DNA from: Parcubacteria group bacterium
GTDB lineage: Bacteria; Patescibacteriota; Minisyncoccia; 2-02-FULL-40-12
Direction: 5' to 3'
DNA: 64,000 bases
Assembly (NCBI GenBank): GCA_016186395.1
Contig: JACPLU010000002.1
Location: forward strand, 11,470-75,469
Below, in pieces: positions 47,967 through 57,994 of the stretch. Position numbers and translations under genes: made by a program. The notes under the pieces were generated by a model. It was not told the origin of the DNA. It ran no database searches and was given only the letters and a program-made list of their open reading frames with translations. Every line of letters starts with the position of its first letter. Position 1 is the first letter of the stretch.

Positions 47967-48008
47967 CTTGCATTCATCCGCGGCCTTACGGCCGCGGATG
48001 AATGCAAG
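47967..48008. repeat. Perfect 19-bp GC-rich hairpin
   Basis: cttgcattcatccgcggcc-ttac-ggccgcggatgaatgcaag; further hairpins 47818-47870 (cacgggc...gcccgtg). Confidence 0.5.
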
Positions 48009-48011
48009 TAA

Positions 48012-48893
48012 TTATAAAAGTTTTTGATGAACTGAACAAAAATGAGCCGAACGTTGATTAAGTTTTAACCTTTGAATAATGCCACCGTCTTTTTTTAAAC
48101 ACTTTTTGCCAGTTTGCTGATAAGCTTTTTGTATTGTTTGATACCTACCCTTAAGCCCGGATGGTAATCTATAATCATCCATACTGTCACCCTGATATTT
48201 TATCGCTTTTAACAAAACTTTTTTAGTCGAACTATAAATCTTTTTTAGGTCTAAATTTTTAAGCCCCTCGACTCGTGAAAAAGGATGATAGCCGGCATCC
48301 CATAAAATCTCATCGCCATAAATATTACCTATACCGGCAATGAATTTGGGGTCCATTAAAACCTGCTTAAGTCTGCCTTTCTTAAAAGTAAATAGCTGTC
48401 TGAACTGATTAAACGTCAAATCCAGTGGCTCTGGTCCCAATTTACTCATTTCTTTCAAATCTTTAACCTTATTATCGTCAACAAGAATCAGCTTAGCAAA
48501 ACGCCTTAGATCAGAAAGTCCCAATTGAAAATTGTTATTTAAAAACATGACCAAACGAATATATCCATTTCTGGAATCATCTCTCAAAGGACCTGACTCC
48601 GCCTCCCACTTCTTTTTAATTAATTCCCAACGGCCATACAATAAGTGACCAGAAATTTTCTGGTGAATAAAAATTGTTTTTGGGCCTTCTAAGTCTAAAA
48701 CTATGTATTTGGCCCTCCGTCTTATACCTACAATTTTTTTACCAATCACATATTTCTTTATTTGAGACCAGCCTGCCCCATGACCAGTTTTAACTGGCCG
48801 TTCGGGATCAACCCAAATGTCGGTTATTCTTAAACCTATAATTTTTTTACGGAGTTCTCGAACAATTGTCTCTACTTCAGGTAACTCTGGCAT
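48012..48893 (-). CDS. mutM: Formamidopyrimidine-DNA glycosylase / endonuclease VIII family (Fpg/Nei)
   Basis: Internal start MPELPEVETIVREL (catalytic Pro2, Glu3); C-terminal Cys-containing zinc-finger remnant; start overlaps the polA stop (TAATG). Confidence 0.7.
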   Translation of the reverse strand: MPELPEVETIVRELRKKIIGLRITDIWVDPERPVKTGHGAGWSQIKKYVIGKKIVGIRRRAKYIVLDLEGPKTIFIHQKISGHLLYGRWELIKKKWEAESGPLRDDSRNGYIRLVMFLNNNFQLGLSDLRRFAKLILVDDNKVKDLKEMSKLGPEPLDLTFNQFRQLFTFKKGRLKQVLMDPKFIAGIGNIYGDEILWDAGYHPFSRVEGLKNLDLKKIYSSTKKVLLKAIKYQGDSMDDYRLPSGLKGRYQTIQKAYQQTGKKCLKKDGGIIQRLKLNQRSAHFCSVHQKLL

Positions 48894-51508
48894 TATAAGA
48901 TTTCCATCTGACCCCAATTTTTGCCTACTTTAGCATCAACCACTAAGGGTACTTTTAATTTATAGACTCCTTCCATTATCTTTTTTAGCTCTAGAGCCAA
49001 TTTAGAAGTTAACTCTTCCTTAATTTCAAACAATATTTCATCATGAACCTGCAAAAGCATACGAGCCTGATTTAAATCCAAGTTCTTATAAACATATTTA
49101 CGGACTTCTATCATGGCGAGCTTCATAATATCAGCAGCTGTTCCTTGAATCGGCATATTAACAGCCATACGCTCAGCCTGTCGAGCCACCTCTATCATAG
49201 AAGAGTAAAGTTCTAACAACTGGCGACGCCTGCCTAAAAGGGTTTTAACATACCCATTCTCATGAGCCTCCTGTTTAGTCGAACTAATAAAATCAGCCAC
49301 TCCCTTAAATTCGCTAAAATAATTCTGCATGAATTCTTTTGCTTTTTCCTGACTTAAACCGGTATTTTGAACAAACGCCCTTATACCCATACCGTATATT
49401 ATTCCAAAATTTAATATTTTTGCTTCTCGACGCATATTAGCGCTAACTTGTTCAGGCTTAACATTAAAAACTTCTGAAGCGGTTCGAATGTGTATATCCT
49501 CCCCTCTCTTAAAAGCAGTTATCATTTTTTCATCGTCAGATAGATGAGCAACAACTCTAAGCTCAATCTGAGAGTAGTCTAAAGAAAGAAAGTTGTATCC
49601 TTTTTCAGCTACAAAAGCTCGACGGAATTCTTGACCTAACTTTGTTCGAACGGGAATATTTTGTAAATTTGGATCTTGGGATGAAAGACGACCAGTTACT
49701 GTACCAGTCTGAATATAAGTCGTATGAATACGATTATCCGCCGGATTAATAAGATTGGGGAAAGGATCAATATAGGTAGTCTTAAGCTTCTGAAGCTCTC
49801 TATAATCCAAAACTAACGGGATTAAGGGATGAGTATCGCGTAACTTCTCTAATTCTGGTGCAGCGGTAGAAAGAGCGCCCCCAGGAGTTTTTCTAATTCT
49901 ACCTTTTAACTTGAGCCGCTCAAATAAAATTTCACTTAGTTGTTGGGGGGAATTAATATTAAATTCCACTCCTGCATACTCATAAATTTGTTTTTCTAAT
50001 TTTTCTAAAGAACTATTAGCTTCTCCTTTTAATTTACCCAGAGCAGATTGATCAATTCTTATTCCCCTTTGTTCCATCTCAATCAATATAGGAATTAATG
50101 GCATTTCTATGTTTTCCAAAATCTTTATAAGACCGAGATTCTCTAACTTTTCTCTTTGAGACTTGTACAACCTAAGAATCGCGATTGGATAAAATCTTTC
50201 ATCAGTCGGCAGACTTGATCCGAATTCATTAAAGTAAAGATTCTCTAACTTAGGTTCTCTAAGGTCAGAATTCAGAAGCCAACCAGCCAAGGCAGTATCA
50301 AATAAACCCTTACCTTGGAAGATTTTATCATCTAAATCTGACAACGAGGTAAACCCCGCTCTTAAGCTTAAGGGCGGGGTAAATTTATATAAAAAATCTT
50401 TTAAATTGTGACTTATTTTAAGAGCCCCTCCTCCAAAAAGATCTGTTTTGGTCTTTTGACTAACCATCAAAGCCATTGGCACAACATACAAATGGCTATC
50501 ATTGAAAGCCAAAAATATTTGACCCCTATCCGAGCTCATCCAAAAAGACACTTCTTTCTCTTTACTCAAAATCTTTAAAAACTCCGAAAATCTGTCTTGA
50601 TTTTCAATCTCTTCAGTTACTGTACCGGCAAATTCAGAATCTTGAAAAAATAATTCCTGATTTGTTTTTTGATCAAAATTAAATTCAGACAGTCTTTTTA
50701 AAAGGCTATTAAACGAATGGTTTTTTAAAAAATCACTTACTTTTTTAATATCAAAATGTGTTTTCCAGTCAGCGTCTTCCAACGATAACTCAATAGTGAG
50801 GTCCTTAATAATCACGGCTAATTGCTTTGAAAAAAACGCTTGGTCCTCAAATTCTAAAAGCTTTTTCTTCAAATTTTCACTTAATACTTTAACTTCTTTT
50901 TTAACTTTAGGTTTTTTCAAAAAAGAATAAAGCTCTTCCAAAGTTCCAAACTCTTTTAATAACTCTATGGCAGTCTTCTCCCCTATTCCGGGTACGCCTG
51001 GAATATTGTCAGAAGGGTCACCCTTAAGGCCCCGATAGTCGGCTAGTTGATTGGGGCTTAATCCAAAACGTTCTTTGACACTATTTTCGTTATAAATAAC
51101 AGTGTCGCTTAAACCCTTTTTAAGGGTATAAACAACAGCCTTATTATTATCAACCAGTTGAAGCGTGTCTAAATCCCCAGATAATATAATTACTTGAATA
51201 TCTTTTTCCCTCTTAAATCTTTGTGTTAAAGAACCGATTAAATCGTCTGCTTCATAACCAGGTTGTTCCAAAAAGGGTATACCAAACACCCTTAACATTT
51301 CCTTTGTTAAGGGTATTTGATCATAAAGTTCTTGAGGAGCTTTAGCACGATGAATTTTATAATCTTCAAACGCTTCATGTCTAAATGTTGGGCCCGGTAA
51401 GTCAAAAGTAGCAATCACATAATCAGGAGCTATTTCCTTAAGCATTTTGATCAAAAGCAATCCAAAACCATAAAGAGCGTTAACCATCTTTCCGCTTGGA
51501 TCATTCAT
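48893..51508 (-). CDS. polA: DNA polymerase I
   Basis: 5'-3' exonuclease N-terminus, RREAKILNFGIIYGMG (motif B), QVHDEILFE (motif C); 871 aa. Confidence 0.85.
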   Translation of the reverse strand: MNDPSGKMVNALYGFGLLLIKMLKEIAPDYVIATFDLPGPTFRHEAFEDYKIHRAKAPQELYDQIPLTKEMLRVFGIPFLEQPGYEADDLIGSLTQRFKREKDIQVIILSGDLDTLQLVDNNKAVVYTLKKGLSDTVIYNENSVKERFGLSPNQLADYRGLKGDPSDNIPGVPGIGEKTAIELLKEFGTLEELYSFLKKPKVKKEVKVLSENLKKKLLEFEDQAFFSKQLAVIIKDLTIELSLEDADWKTHFDIKKVSDFLKNHSFNSLLKRLSEFNFDQKTNQELFFQDSEFAGTVTEEIENQDRFSEFLKILSKEKEVSFWMSSDRGQIFLAFNDSHLYVVPMALMVSQKTKTDLFGGGALKISHNLKDFLYKFTPPLSLRAGFTSLSDLDDKIFQGKGLFDTALAGWLLNSDLREPKLENLYFNEFGSSLPTDERFYPIAILRLYKSQREKLENLGLIKILENIEMPLIPILIEMEQRGIRIDQSALGKLKGEANSSLEKLEKQIYEYAGVEFNINSPQQLSEILFERLKLKGRIRKTPGGALSTAAPELEKLRDTHPLIPLVLDYRELQKLKTTYIDPFPNLINPADNRIHTTYIQTGTVTGRLSSQDPNLQNIPVRTKLGQEFRRAFVAEKGYNFLSLDYSQIELRVVAHLSDDEKMITAFKRGEDIHIRTASEVFNVKPEQVSANMRREAKILNFGIIYGMGIRAFVQNTGLSQEKAKEFMQNYFSEFKGVADFISSTKQEAHENGYVKTLLGRRRQLLELYSSMIEVARQAERMAVNMPIQGTAADIMKLAMIEVRKYVYKNLDLNQARMLLQVHDEILFEIKEELTSKLALELKKIMEGVYKLKVPLVVDAKVGKNWGQMEIL

Positions 51509-51587
51509 AGGCGGTAAAGCATGAAATGCCCGATGGACTAGAGCATTTGAATCTATAAGAACAAGTTTTTTTATTAAAATTTAAACT

Positions 51588-52088
51588 TTAGAACTTAAAG
51601 TTTAGAATTTTGCGTTCTAAATCATAAGCCCCAAACTCTACAACGAACTTTCTTGCATTTTTATTAACATGATCAATATGAATATTAATTCTTTTTTTAG
51701 GTAAAATCCTTTTTACCCTTTCTGACCACTCAATTAGTATTAAATTAAGAGGATTTTCTAAAATCTTACCAAACTTAAGAGGTTTTAGATCTTTTTCATT
51801 GCTTAACCTATAAACATCAAGGTGATAAAAGGTTTTAAAAAAACTATTTGATACTCGATATGGATGCATAAGAATAAAAGTCGGACTTTTAATTATTTCC
51901 TTTAAACCTATTCCTCTTGCAAAACCCTTTGCAAAAACAGTCTTACCAGCACCAAGCTCACCCTCAATAGCTACAACTAAAGCAGTCTTTAAAGGATATT
52001 TATGAGATAGAATAAACTTCCCTATTCTTTGGCCTAACTTCTGGGTAATATGCGGACTTTTTGAAATAATTGTTTTAAGCTTTACCAT
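51588..52088 (-). CDS. tsaE: tRNA threonylcarbamoyladenosine biosynthesis ATPase TsaE
   Basis: AIEGELGAGKTVFAKGFARGIG P-loop, typical TsaE/YjeE; 166 aa. Confidence 0.65.
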   Translation of the reverse strand: MVKLKTIISKSPHITQKLGQRIGKFILSHKYPLKTALVVAIEGELGAGKTVFAKGFARGIGLKEIIKSPTFILMHPYRVSNSFFKTFYHLDVYRLSNEKDLKPLKFGKILENPLNLILIEWSERVKRILPKKRINIHIDHVNKNARKFVVEFGAYDLERKILNFKF

Positions 52089-52115
52089 AATTTTACAATA
52101 ACGATCGGCTAAACC

Positions 52116-52490
52116 CTAATCAAAATTTATCTTTTTAAAATATTTGATTAGGGCTGTCTTTCCCTCTAAATCAAAAGACAAAGCTAAAATATCAATTTGC
52201 CATTCTTGACCAACTAATTTCTTCTCGAAAAGAAAACTTTCGGCAGTTCGTACAATATGTCTAAGTTTTTCTTTATCAACTCGTAACTCCGGATTAAAAC
52301 CAGGAGAAAAATTCTTAGAATTAGCCTTTACCTCAACAAAATGTATTGTTCCCTCTTTTTTTACTACAATATCCACCTCCCCCCAAGGTTTTTTATAATT
52401 TGTCGTTAAAACCTCAAAACCTCGCTCTATTAGATACTTTTGGGCTAGTTGCTCCGCAAAAATCCCTATTTTTTCTCTTTGAGTTTGCAT
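52116..52490 (-). CDS. yraN: YraN-family (UPF0102) endonuclease-like protein
   Basis: GFEVLTTNYKKPWGEVDIVVKKEGTIHFVEVKA matches the YraN core. Confidence 0.6.
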   Translation of the reverse strand: MQTQREKIGIFAEQLAQKYLIERGFEVLTTNYKKPWGEVDIVVKKEGTIHFVEVKANSKNFSPGFNPELRVDKEKLRHIVRTAESFLFEKKLVGQEWQIDILALSFDLEGKTALIKYFKKINFD

Positions 52491-52601
52491 TCTAAAAATC
52501 TAACAGAAAACTACTCAAAACGCCATAAATACACCCACATAATATTGTACGACCCAATGATAAATACCAAAACCACAACTTAAAATTGTTTTAGTGTAAA
52601 G

Positions 52602-53804
52602 TTGACTAAGTTTAACCGGGTGATAGACTTAAAAAACTCTGTTTCTCCTTATCTGGAGAAATTTTATTGCTCAATTAAGACCTACCTCAAAACTAAATTT
52701 TCCAGGCTCAGGGTCGTTATCTCTAGATTCCAGCTCGGGAAATATATAGAAACCAACCGATTAAAATACGCAAACAAAAGCGTGGCTATTTTCATCTCTC
52801 TCATAACATTTATCACGATCTTAAGTATCAAAAACAGTGCCGGAGAAGGCCAAAAATCCATTTTCTCTCAGCTTTTCGAACATTATATTGAAGAAACTGC
52901 TTTAGCGGCAACTCTTCCAGAAACCAAAAATCAGTTAGCTGATATTAATAGCCTTAGCGGTTTTCAATCTAACTTAAATAGTGAGTCAGAAAAAGAATTT
53001 CAAGCTAATACTCTACAAGAAAACTCTGTCCTTTCATTATCTGCAGTATTAGAGAATCCAAACTTTGGTGGCCAAAGAAATGTCGTTATTCATTACACAG
53101 TTCAACCGGGAGATGTACTTTCCTTTATTGCCAGTGACTTTGGGATTAGTGCTGATTCAATTATATGGGCCAACCAACTAAAAGACTCGGACAGTTTAAA
53201 ACCAGGACAAGATCTTAAAATTCCACCCATAAGTGGTCTACTGCACGAAATCAAAAAAAACGATACTTTAGACTCCATATCAAAGAAATACGGCGGTGAC
53301 ATCAACAAGATAATTGCTTTCAATGGACTACCACAAGACGGCTCGCTCCAGATAGGTCAAGAACTGATCATTCCAGACGTAAAAATACCGACAAACGTTC
53401 AAACTTCTACTCTTGCCTCAAATATTCCTAGGTTTTCTAGATTACCAGATCTCGGCAGTTTTTTTCTTATTCCGACCACAGGACGAAATTGGGGTCTCAT
53501 ACACGGAAGGAATGGAGTCGATATTGCAAATCGTTGCGGAGAACCGATTTATGCGGCTGCCTCGGGCAACATAGTAGGCACAAAATCAAGCGGTTGGAAT
53601 GGTGGAGCTGGGAAATATATCAAAATAAACCACTCGAACAATACAGAGACCTTTTACGCTCATCTTAGTAAGATTTTAGTAGAAATTGGTGAAAACGTCA
53701 GCAGGGGACAACTAATAGGATTAATGGGGGCTACTGGAAAATCTACCGGCTGCCATCTCCATTTTGAGGTTCATGGAGCTAAAAATCCGTTAGCTCGTAT
53801 TTAA
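52602..53804 (+). CDS. LysM-domain M23-family metallopeptidase (peptidoglycan hydrolase)
   Basis: Two LysM-like segments (YTVQPGDVLSFIA; HEIKKNDTLDSISKKYG); M23 motifs HxxxD and GCHLHFEVH. Confidence 0.7.
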   Translation: MTKFNRVIDLKNSVSPYLEKFYCSIKTYLKTKFSRLRVVISRFQLGKYIETNRLKYANKSVAIFISLITFITILSIKNSAGEGQKSIFSQLFEHYIEETALAATLPETKNQLADINSLSGFQSNLNSESEKEFQANTLQENSVLSLSAVLENPNFGGQRNVVIHYTVQPGDVLSFIASDFGISADSIIWANQLKDSDSLKPGQDLKIPPISGLLHEIKKNDTLDSISKKYGGDINKIIAFNGLPQDGSLQIGQELIIPDVKIPTNVQTSTLASNIPRFSRLPDLGSFFLIPTTGRNWGLIHGRNGVDIANRCGEPIYAAASGNIVGTKSSGWNGGAGKYIKINHSNNTETFYAHLSKILVEIGENVSRGQLIGLMGATGKSTGCHLHFEVHGAKNPLARI

Positions 53805-53888
53805 CTAAAAGTCTCTAACTGTGAACAGAAATGCTCTTATTTTTAGGCATTTTTAAATACTTATACTTAGAATTACAATTCAAACCCA

Positions 53889-55451
53889 TTAAACAGAGTT
53901 TATATCTTCATCAATTTTGAAATTTGTTGCTTCCGCAAGATGTTCTTTCAAAATTTTTGGGCTTTGTGCTAAATCGGCAACAGTTCTTGCTAACTTCAAA
54001 ATTCTATAATAACTTCTCATTGATAATTTCTTAATAGTAACGAAGTTTTCAAGAAATCCTTGAGTTTCAGAGTCAAGACCACAAAAAGTTTTTATTAGCT
54101 TGTTGGACATTTCTGAATTTGTAAAAATACCGGCATTAATAAATCTATCCCGCTGTGTCTTTCTTGCTAACTCTATTTTGTCCTTTATTTTACTTGACTC
54201 AAGGCCATCTTGAGATTGCTTAATCTTATTCAAACTTTCACGTGAAACCTTTATTTGTAAGTCTATACGGTCAAGAAACGGACCTGATAGTCTTTTCTGA
54301 TACTTGAGTACCGCTGAAGGTGAACAAATACAAGCTTTTTCACTATCTCCAAAATTTCCGCATGGACAAGGATTCATTGCCGCTACCAACTGAAAACGAG
54401 CAGGATAAGTAATTGAACCTGATGCCCGAGAAACAGTTATCTTTCCGTCTTCAAGAGGTTGTCTTAGACTTTCTATAACATATCTCCCAAATTCAGGAAA
54501 TTCATCAAGAAAAAGTACGCCTCTATGAGCAAGGCTTATTTCACCAGGTCTTGGATAAGTTCCGCCACCAATCATAGCAATAGCAGAAATGGTGTGATGA
54601 GGATTCCGAAATGGACGCTTTTTAACAATATATTGCTTAGAATCTAGTAAACCTGCTACGGAATAGATCTTAGTCACGTCTAATGCTTCCTCCAGCGGTA
54701 TTTCGGGCAAAATTGAAGCCAAAGCTCTTGCTAGCATAGTTTTTCCACTCCCGGGCTGTCCCATCATCAAAATGTTATGCCCCCCAGCAGCTGCAATTTC
54801 TAACCCTCTCTTAGCAAAAATCTGACCCCTTATTTGAGACATATTAACCTCTGATTCATCAGGCTGATAGCTAGTATCCACTTCCAAATCTGCAAGTGGA
54901 GCTGTTATTTTACCCTGCAAAAAAGCAATTAATTCTGACAAATTATTAAACCCAATGATTCCCAAGTTCCTGGAATTTCTAACTTTGTTTACCACCAGAG
55001 CTTCTGGCACATTTTCACGTGAAATAATTAGAGTATCAATATTACTTTCTCTTGCCATCATGGCTATGGGTAAAATCCCTTTTGTACTTCTTAAACTTCC
55101 GTCTAGAGCCAGTTCTCCTATAAAAAGCTTATCTTGAGAGGCAAATTTTACCTGTCCAGTTGCAAGTAAATAGCCCATGGCAATAGGTAAGTCATACCAT
55201 GGGCCCTCCTTTTTAACATCAGCAGGAGCTAAATTGACTATTAACTTTACGTTTTGAGATTTTGGCGATTTAAAACCAGAATTCCTAATTGCTGACTCTA
55301 TCCTGTCTCTTGATTCTTCAACAGCCTTATCCGGAAGACCTACAATATGAAAAAAGTGGAGACCTGGAGAGGTATCCACTTCAACTTCAATTGGCCTTGC
55401 CTCAAGCCCCATGACAGCCGCTGACCAAACTTTAGCTAATTTATGCGACAT
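53889..55451 (-). CDS. yifB: YifB/ComM-family Mg-chelatase-like AAA+ ATPase
   Basis: GQPGSGKTMLA Walker A, LFLDEFPEF Walker B, N-terminal Lon-like domain; 520 aa. Confidence 0.75.
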   Translation of the reverse strand: MSHKLAKVWSAAVMGLEARPIEVEVDTSPGLHFFHIVGLPDKAVEESRDRIESAIRNSGFKSPKSQNVKLIVNLAPADVKKEGPWYDLPIAMGYLLATGQVKFASQDKLFIGELALDGSLRSTKGILPIAMMARESNIDTLIISRENVPEALVVNKVRNSRNLGIIGFNNLSELIAFLQGKITAPLADLEVDTSYQPDESEVNMSQIRGQIFAKRGLEIAAAGGHNILMMGQPGSGKTMLARALASILPEIPLEEALDVTKIYSVAGLLDSKQYIVKKRPFRNPHHTISAIAMIGGGTYPRPGEISLAHRGVLFLDEFPEFGRYVIESLRQPLEDGKITVSRASGSITYPARFQLVAAMNPCPCGNFGDSEKACICSPSAVLKYQKRLSGPFLDRIDLQIKVSRESLNKIKQSQDGLESSKIKDKIELARKTQRDRFINAGIFTNSEMSNKLIKTFCGLDSETQGFLENFVTIKKLSMRSYYRILKLARTVADLAQSPKILKEHLAEATNFKIDEDINSV

Positions 55452-55454
55452 TAA

Positions 55455-55811
55455 CTAAGAAGCTACTGCTTTTGCGCAATTAATACAAGTCAATGCGGTT
55501 GGAAAGGCATTAAGTCTTGGAGGCTCAATCGGTTTTTGACAATTTTGACACAAACCATAATCCCCCTTTTGAATGCTCTCAAGAGTCTTAACAATTTGAG
55601 ATAATTCAATTTCTAAAGCTGACTCGGTTGCTTTCAGTCTTTCCCAGTCAGCAACTTCCATAGCATTTTCATCTGAAGTGCTTCCATATTCAGGAAAGGG
55701 AATATCAAATTCACCACCTTTTCGATGGCCAATTTCAGCTAAACTCTTTTCAATATGTTCTTTTCGCTCTGTTAATATTTCCCCAAGTTTTTTGAGTTCT
55801 TTTTCAATCAT
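55455..55811 (-). CDS. DksA/TraR-family C4 zinc-finger protein
   Basis: C-terminal CQNCQKPIEPPRLNAFPTALTCINCA (CxxC...CxxC). Confidence 0.55.
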   Translation of the reverse strand: MIEKELKKLGEILTERKEHIEKSLAEIGHRKGGEFDIPFPEYGSTSDENAMEVADWERLKATESALEIELSQIVKTLESIQKGDYGLCQNCQKPIEPPRLNAFPTALTCINCAKAVAS

Positions 55812-55844
55812 ATTAGAAGAATATTAGCATTCAATTTTAAAAAT

Positions 55845-55954
55845 ATCAACCCCACCTAACTTTTATTTTAATAGACAGAATTACTAAATATTAATTAAGA
55901 CAATTATGTAGTTAAACTAATCAAATTTACACAAAAGTTAGGTGGGGGTTAATC
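55845..55954. repeat. Long-range inverted-repeat family B, copy 1 (leader of the DksA/TraR-like gene)
   Basis: aaccccacctaactttt ...68 nt... aaaagttaggtgggggtt. Confidence 0.55.
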
Positions 55955-56102
55955 CCAATCTTAATTCTTAAAACTCAAAGGCCGCACGAAATGAAAAGCT
56001 ATACTCGGTTGGTGACACCTTTTCGTGCGGCCTTGAATATATGGCTGCTAACCAGAGATACCTTTTTGGTCTTTGTTATCCCCAGTTAAATCTTACTCTA
56101 TA

Positions 56103-56131
56103 AATATATTTCTTTGACACACTATTGTCAA
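56103..56131 (-). promoter_or_regulatory. Sigma70-like promoter (TTGACA-17-TATATT) on the minus strand, -35 embedded in a 6-6-6 palindrome
   Basis: Minus strand reads gggTTGACAatagtgtgtcaaagaaaTATATTt; on plus ttgacacactattgtcaa. Confidence 0.45.
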
Positions 56132-56165
56132 CCCTATTTTGTGGATAAAGCTGTGTATAATTTTT

Positions 56166-56258
56166 GACATATCTTTGACATGTCAAAATATGTCAAAGAT
56201 ATGTCAAAAATGTTTCTCTTATTGTCAAAACACACCCGTTATGGGCATGTTTTGACTC
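56166..56258. promoter_or_regulatory. Array of TGACA/TGTCA palindromic operator-like repeats
   Basis: gacatatctttgacat-gtcaaaat-atgtcaaagatatgtc (16-bp inverted repeat); tttgacatgtcaaa; gtcaaaaca...tgttttgac. Confidence 0.4.
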
Positions 56259-56261
56259 GTA

Positions 56262-56296
56262 TAAAAATAAGCGGTCATATGACCGCTTATTTTTAT
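56262..56296. terminator. Bidirectional Rho-independent terminator
   Basis: aaaaataagcggtcatatgaccgcttattttta: perfect hairpin flanked by A- and T-runs at the 3' end of the minus-strand gene 56293..57759. Confidence 0.55.
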
Positions 56297-57759
56297 ATTC
56301 CCAAACTATTAAAATCTCCGATTTGGTCTATTAAAGAAAACATACTTTCTCTAGAGTTGGTTATTACAAAGTATTTCCCTCTATTTTTTGCTTTAATTAT
56401 AGCGTAATCAATTGTTTTATCCGGATAGGGGAAATTAATATAACGAACAACTGAATCCCCATAGAACGTCTCGAGAAATTGACCAGTTGCCGCATTATTT
56501 TTGTTATTAGTTAAAAATTCATTGATATCGGACACCAAAGTAGATTCCCAGATATTTAAAGCACTCCTTAATGCTACTTCATCTTTAACCTGGACTATTA
56601 AACCAATTTTTGACAACGGAGTGCTTGAATCTTTTTGAACTCCTTTGTCAAAATATTCTTTTTGGCCATACACCAAAACACTCCAGTCGTTTGTGTCAAT
56701 ATTATTTAGCAAATCGGAAGGGTGAATAATGTTAAAAAAACTTAAGAATTCCTCAAAAGTAAGGTTAGTTATTTGTTCAGGTTGATCTTCTCTAGTTGCT
56801 TTTGCGGTTAACCGAACAGATATAAATTGATTAAAGTCAAGATTTGAAGCCGTCAACTGCAATAAGGACCCCTCTTTAGTTATGGCTCGTTCTTTAAAAA
56901 AGTTATCGTCCACAGTCTCAACATCTGGAAATAGTTGACCCAAAAGAGGCAAAGGAGCCGGTGTTTCAGTAAGTATAGTCTCGGTAGGTGTAGGCGTAAA
57001 AGCTATTTCCGGTTCACGCATCAAATAAAGATAGGCCCCTCCGCCGATAATCAAAACTCCGATAACTATAAAAATAAGCTTTTTGCTTAAACCGGGTTTA
57101 GGGGTTGGAATTCCAATTGGGGGAGTAGTTTTTGGCAAAGAAGGTGCTAGGATTTTCGGCTGAAGTTGGGGTTGTTGTGGTTTAATTGGCTCGGGCACAA
57201 CTAATCCTTTGGTTTTCTCTGTTCCACCCATAGAGGCTTGAAAAGAAGGAGGACTAAACTTTGGAACTTCAACTTTGGGTTGCGATGGAGGCGGTAATTG
57301 CGATTTTTCTGGTTTTAGTTCTACCGGAGAACCAATTGGAGTCTTTCCTTTTTCTAAAGCCGAGAGATCATCCCTCATAGTTCTTACTTCACCTTTAATA
57401 ACCGTCTGATTCGAGGACAGGGGAGTGTTTGATAAGGGTGAAGTTGCCAATCCTCCTGTTCGTGGAGGAAAAGAAGATGGAGAACTTTGAGAAGGAGTCT
57501 GCATTGTAACAGGAGGCCTTTGAATAAAAGTCTGAACTTGGTTTGACGATGGTAAACTTGGCGTAGTTGACCCTATTCTTGGACTCAAAGGCGAGGTCAG
57601 AGGTGCTTGAGGATTTACAATCTTTGGAGGTAAATCTTTTAATATTTCCTCCAGCCCAATAACTGCCGATGAAGGTTTACTAGTAGAGTCGTTTGGCCTG
57701 GGTGGGGAAGTTTGAGTTGGTAAGTTTGTGTTTTCATCAGCCATAATTAAATAGTCCAA
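56293..57759 (-). CDS. Hypothetical membrane protein with long Pro/Ser/Thr-rich disordered N-terminal half
   Basis: Single TM LIFIVIGVLIIGGGAYLYLM in the middle; N-terminal PTQTSPPRPNDSTSKPSS...; globular C-terminal domain. Confidence 0.35.
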   Translation of the reverse strand: MDYLIMADENTNLPTQTSPPRPNDSTSKPSSAVIGLEEILKDLPPKIVNPQAPLTSPLSPRIGSTTPSLPSSNQVQTFIQRPPVTMQTPSQSSPSSFPPRTGGLATSPLSNTPLSSNQTVIKGEVRTMRDDLSALEKGKTPIGSPVELKPEKSQLPPPSQPKVEVPKFSPPSFQASMGGTEKTKGLVVPEPIKPQQPQLQPKILAPSLPKTTPPIGIPTPKPGLSKKLIFIVIGVLIIGGGAYLYLMREPEIAFTPTPTETILTETPAPLPLLGQLFPDVETVDDNFFKERAITKEGSLLQLTASNLDFNQFISVRLTAKATREDQPEQITNLTFEEFLSFFNIIHPSDLLNNIDTNDWSVLVYGQKEYFDKGVQKDSSTPLSKIGLIVQVKDEVALRSALNIWESTLVSDINEFLTNNKNNAATGQFLETFYGDSVVRYINFPYPDKTIDYAIIKAKNRGKYFVITNSRESMFSLIDQIGDFNSLGI

Positions 57760-57883
57760 ACAGTAAAAATCAACTTGAGATTAGTTTACTTATTAATACT
57801 AAAATTTAGTATCTATTTACTGTTAGATTTAAATTTAAATACTATTAAACTAATTGTAGAACAAGCAGTGATTTTTACTATCC

Positions 57884-57994
57884 ACACCCCCACCTAATTT
57901 TCGGTTTCGTTTATAAACATTTATGTTTAGAGGCCGTCTCTTTCAAAAAGACGATAACCAGTTCTTGACACAAAAATTAGATGGGGGCTAAAAT
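57884..57994. repeat. Long-range inverted-repeat family B, copy 2 (between the pnp stop and the downstream gene start)
   Basis: cacacccccacctaattttcgg ...~70 nt... aaaaattagatgggggctaaaat. Confidence 0.55.
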
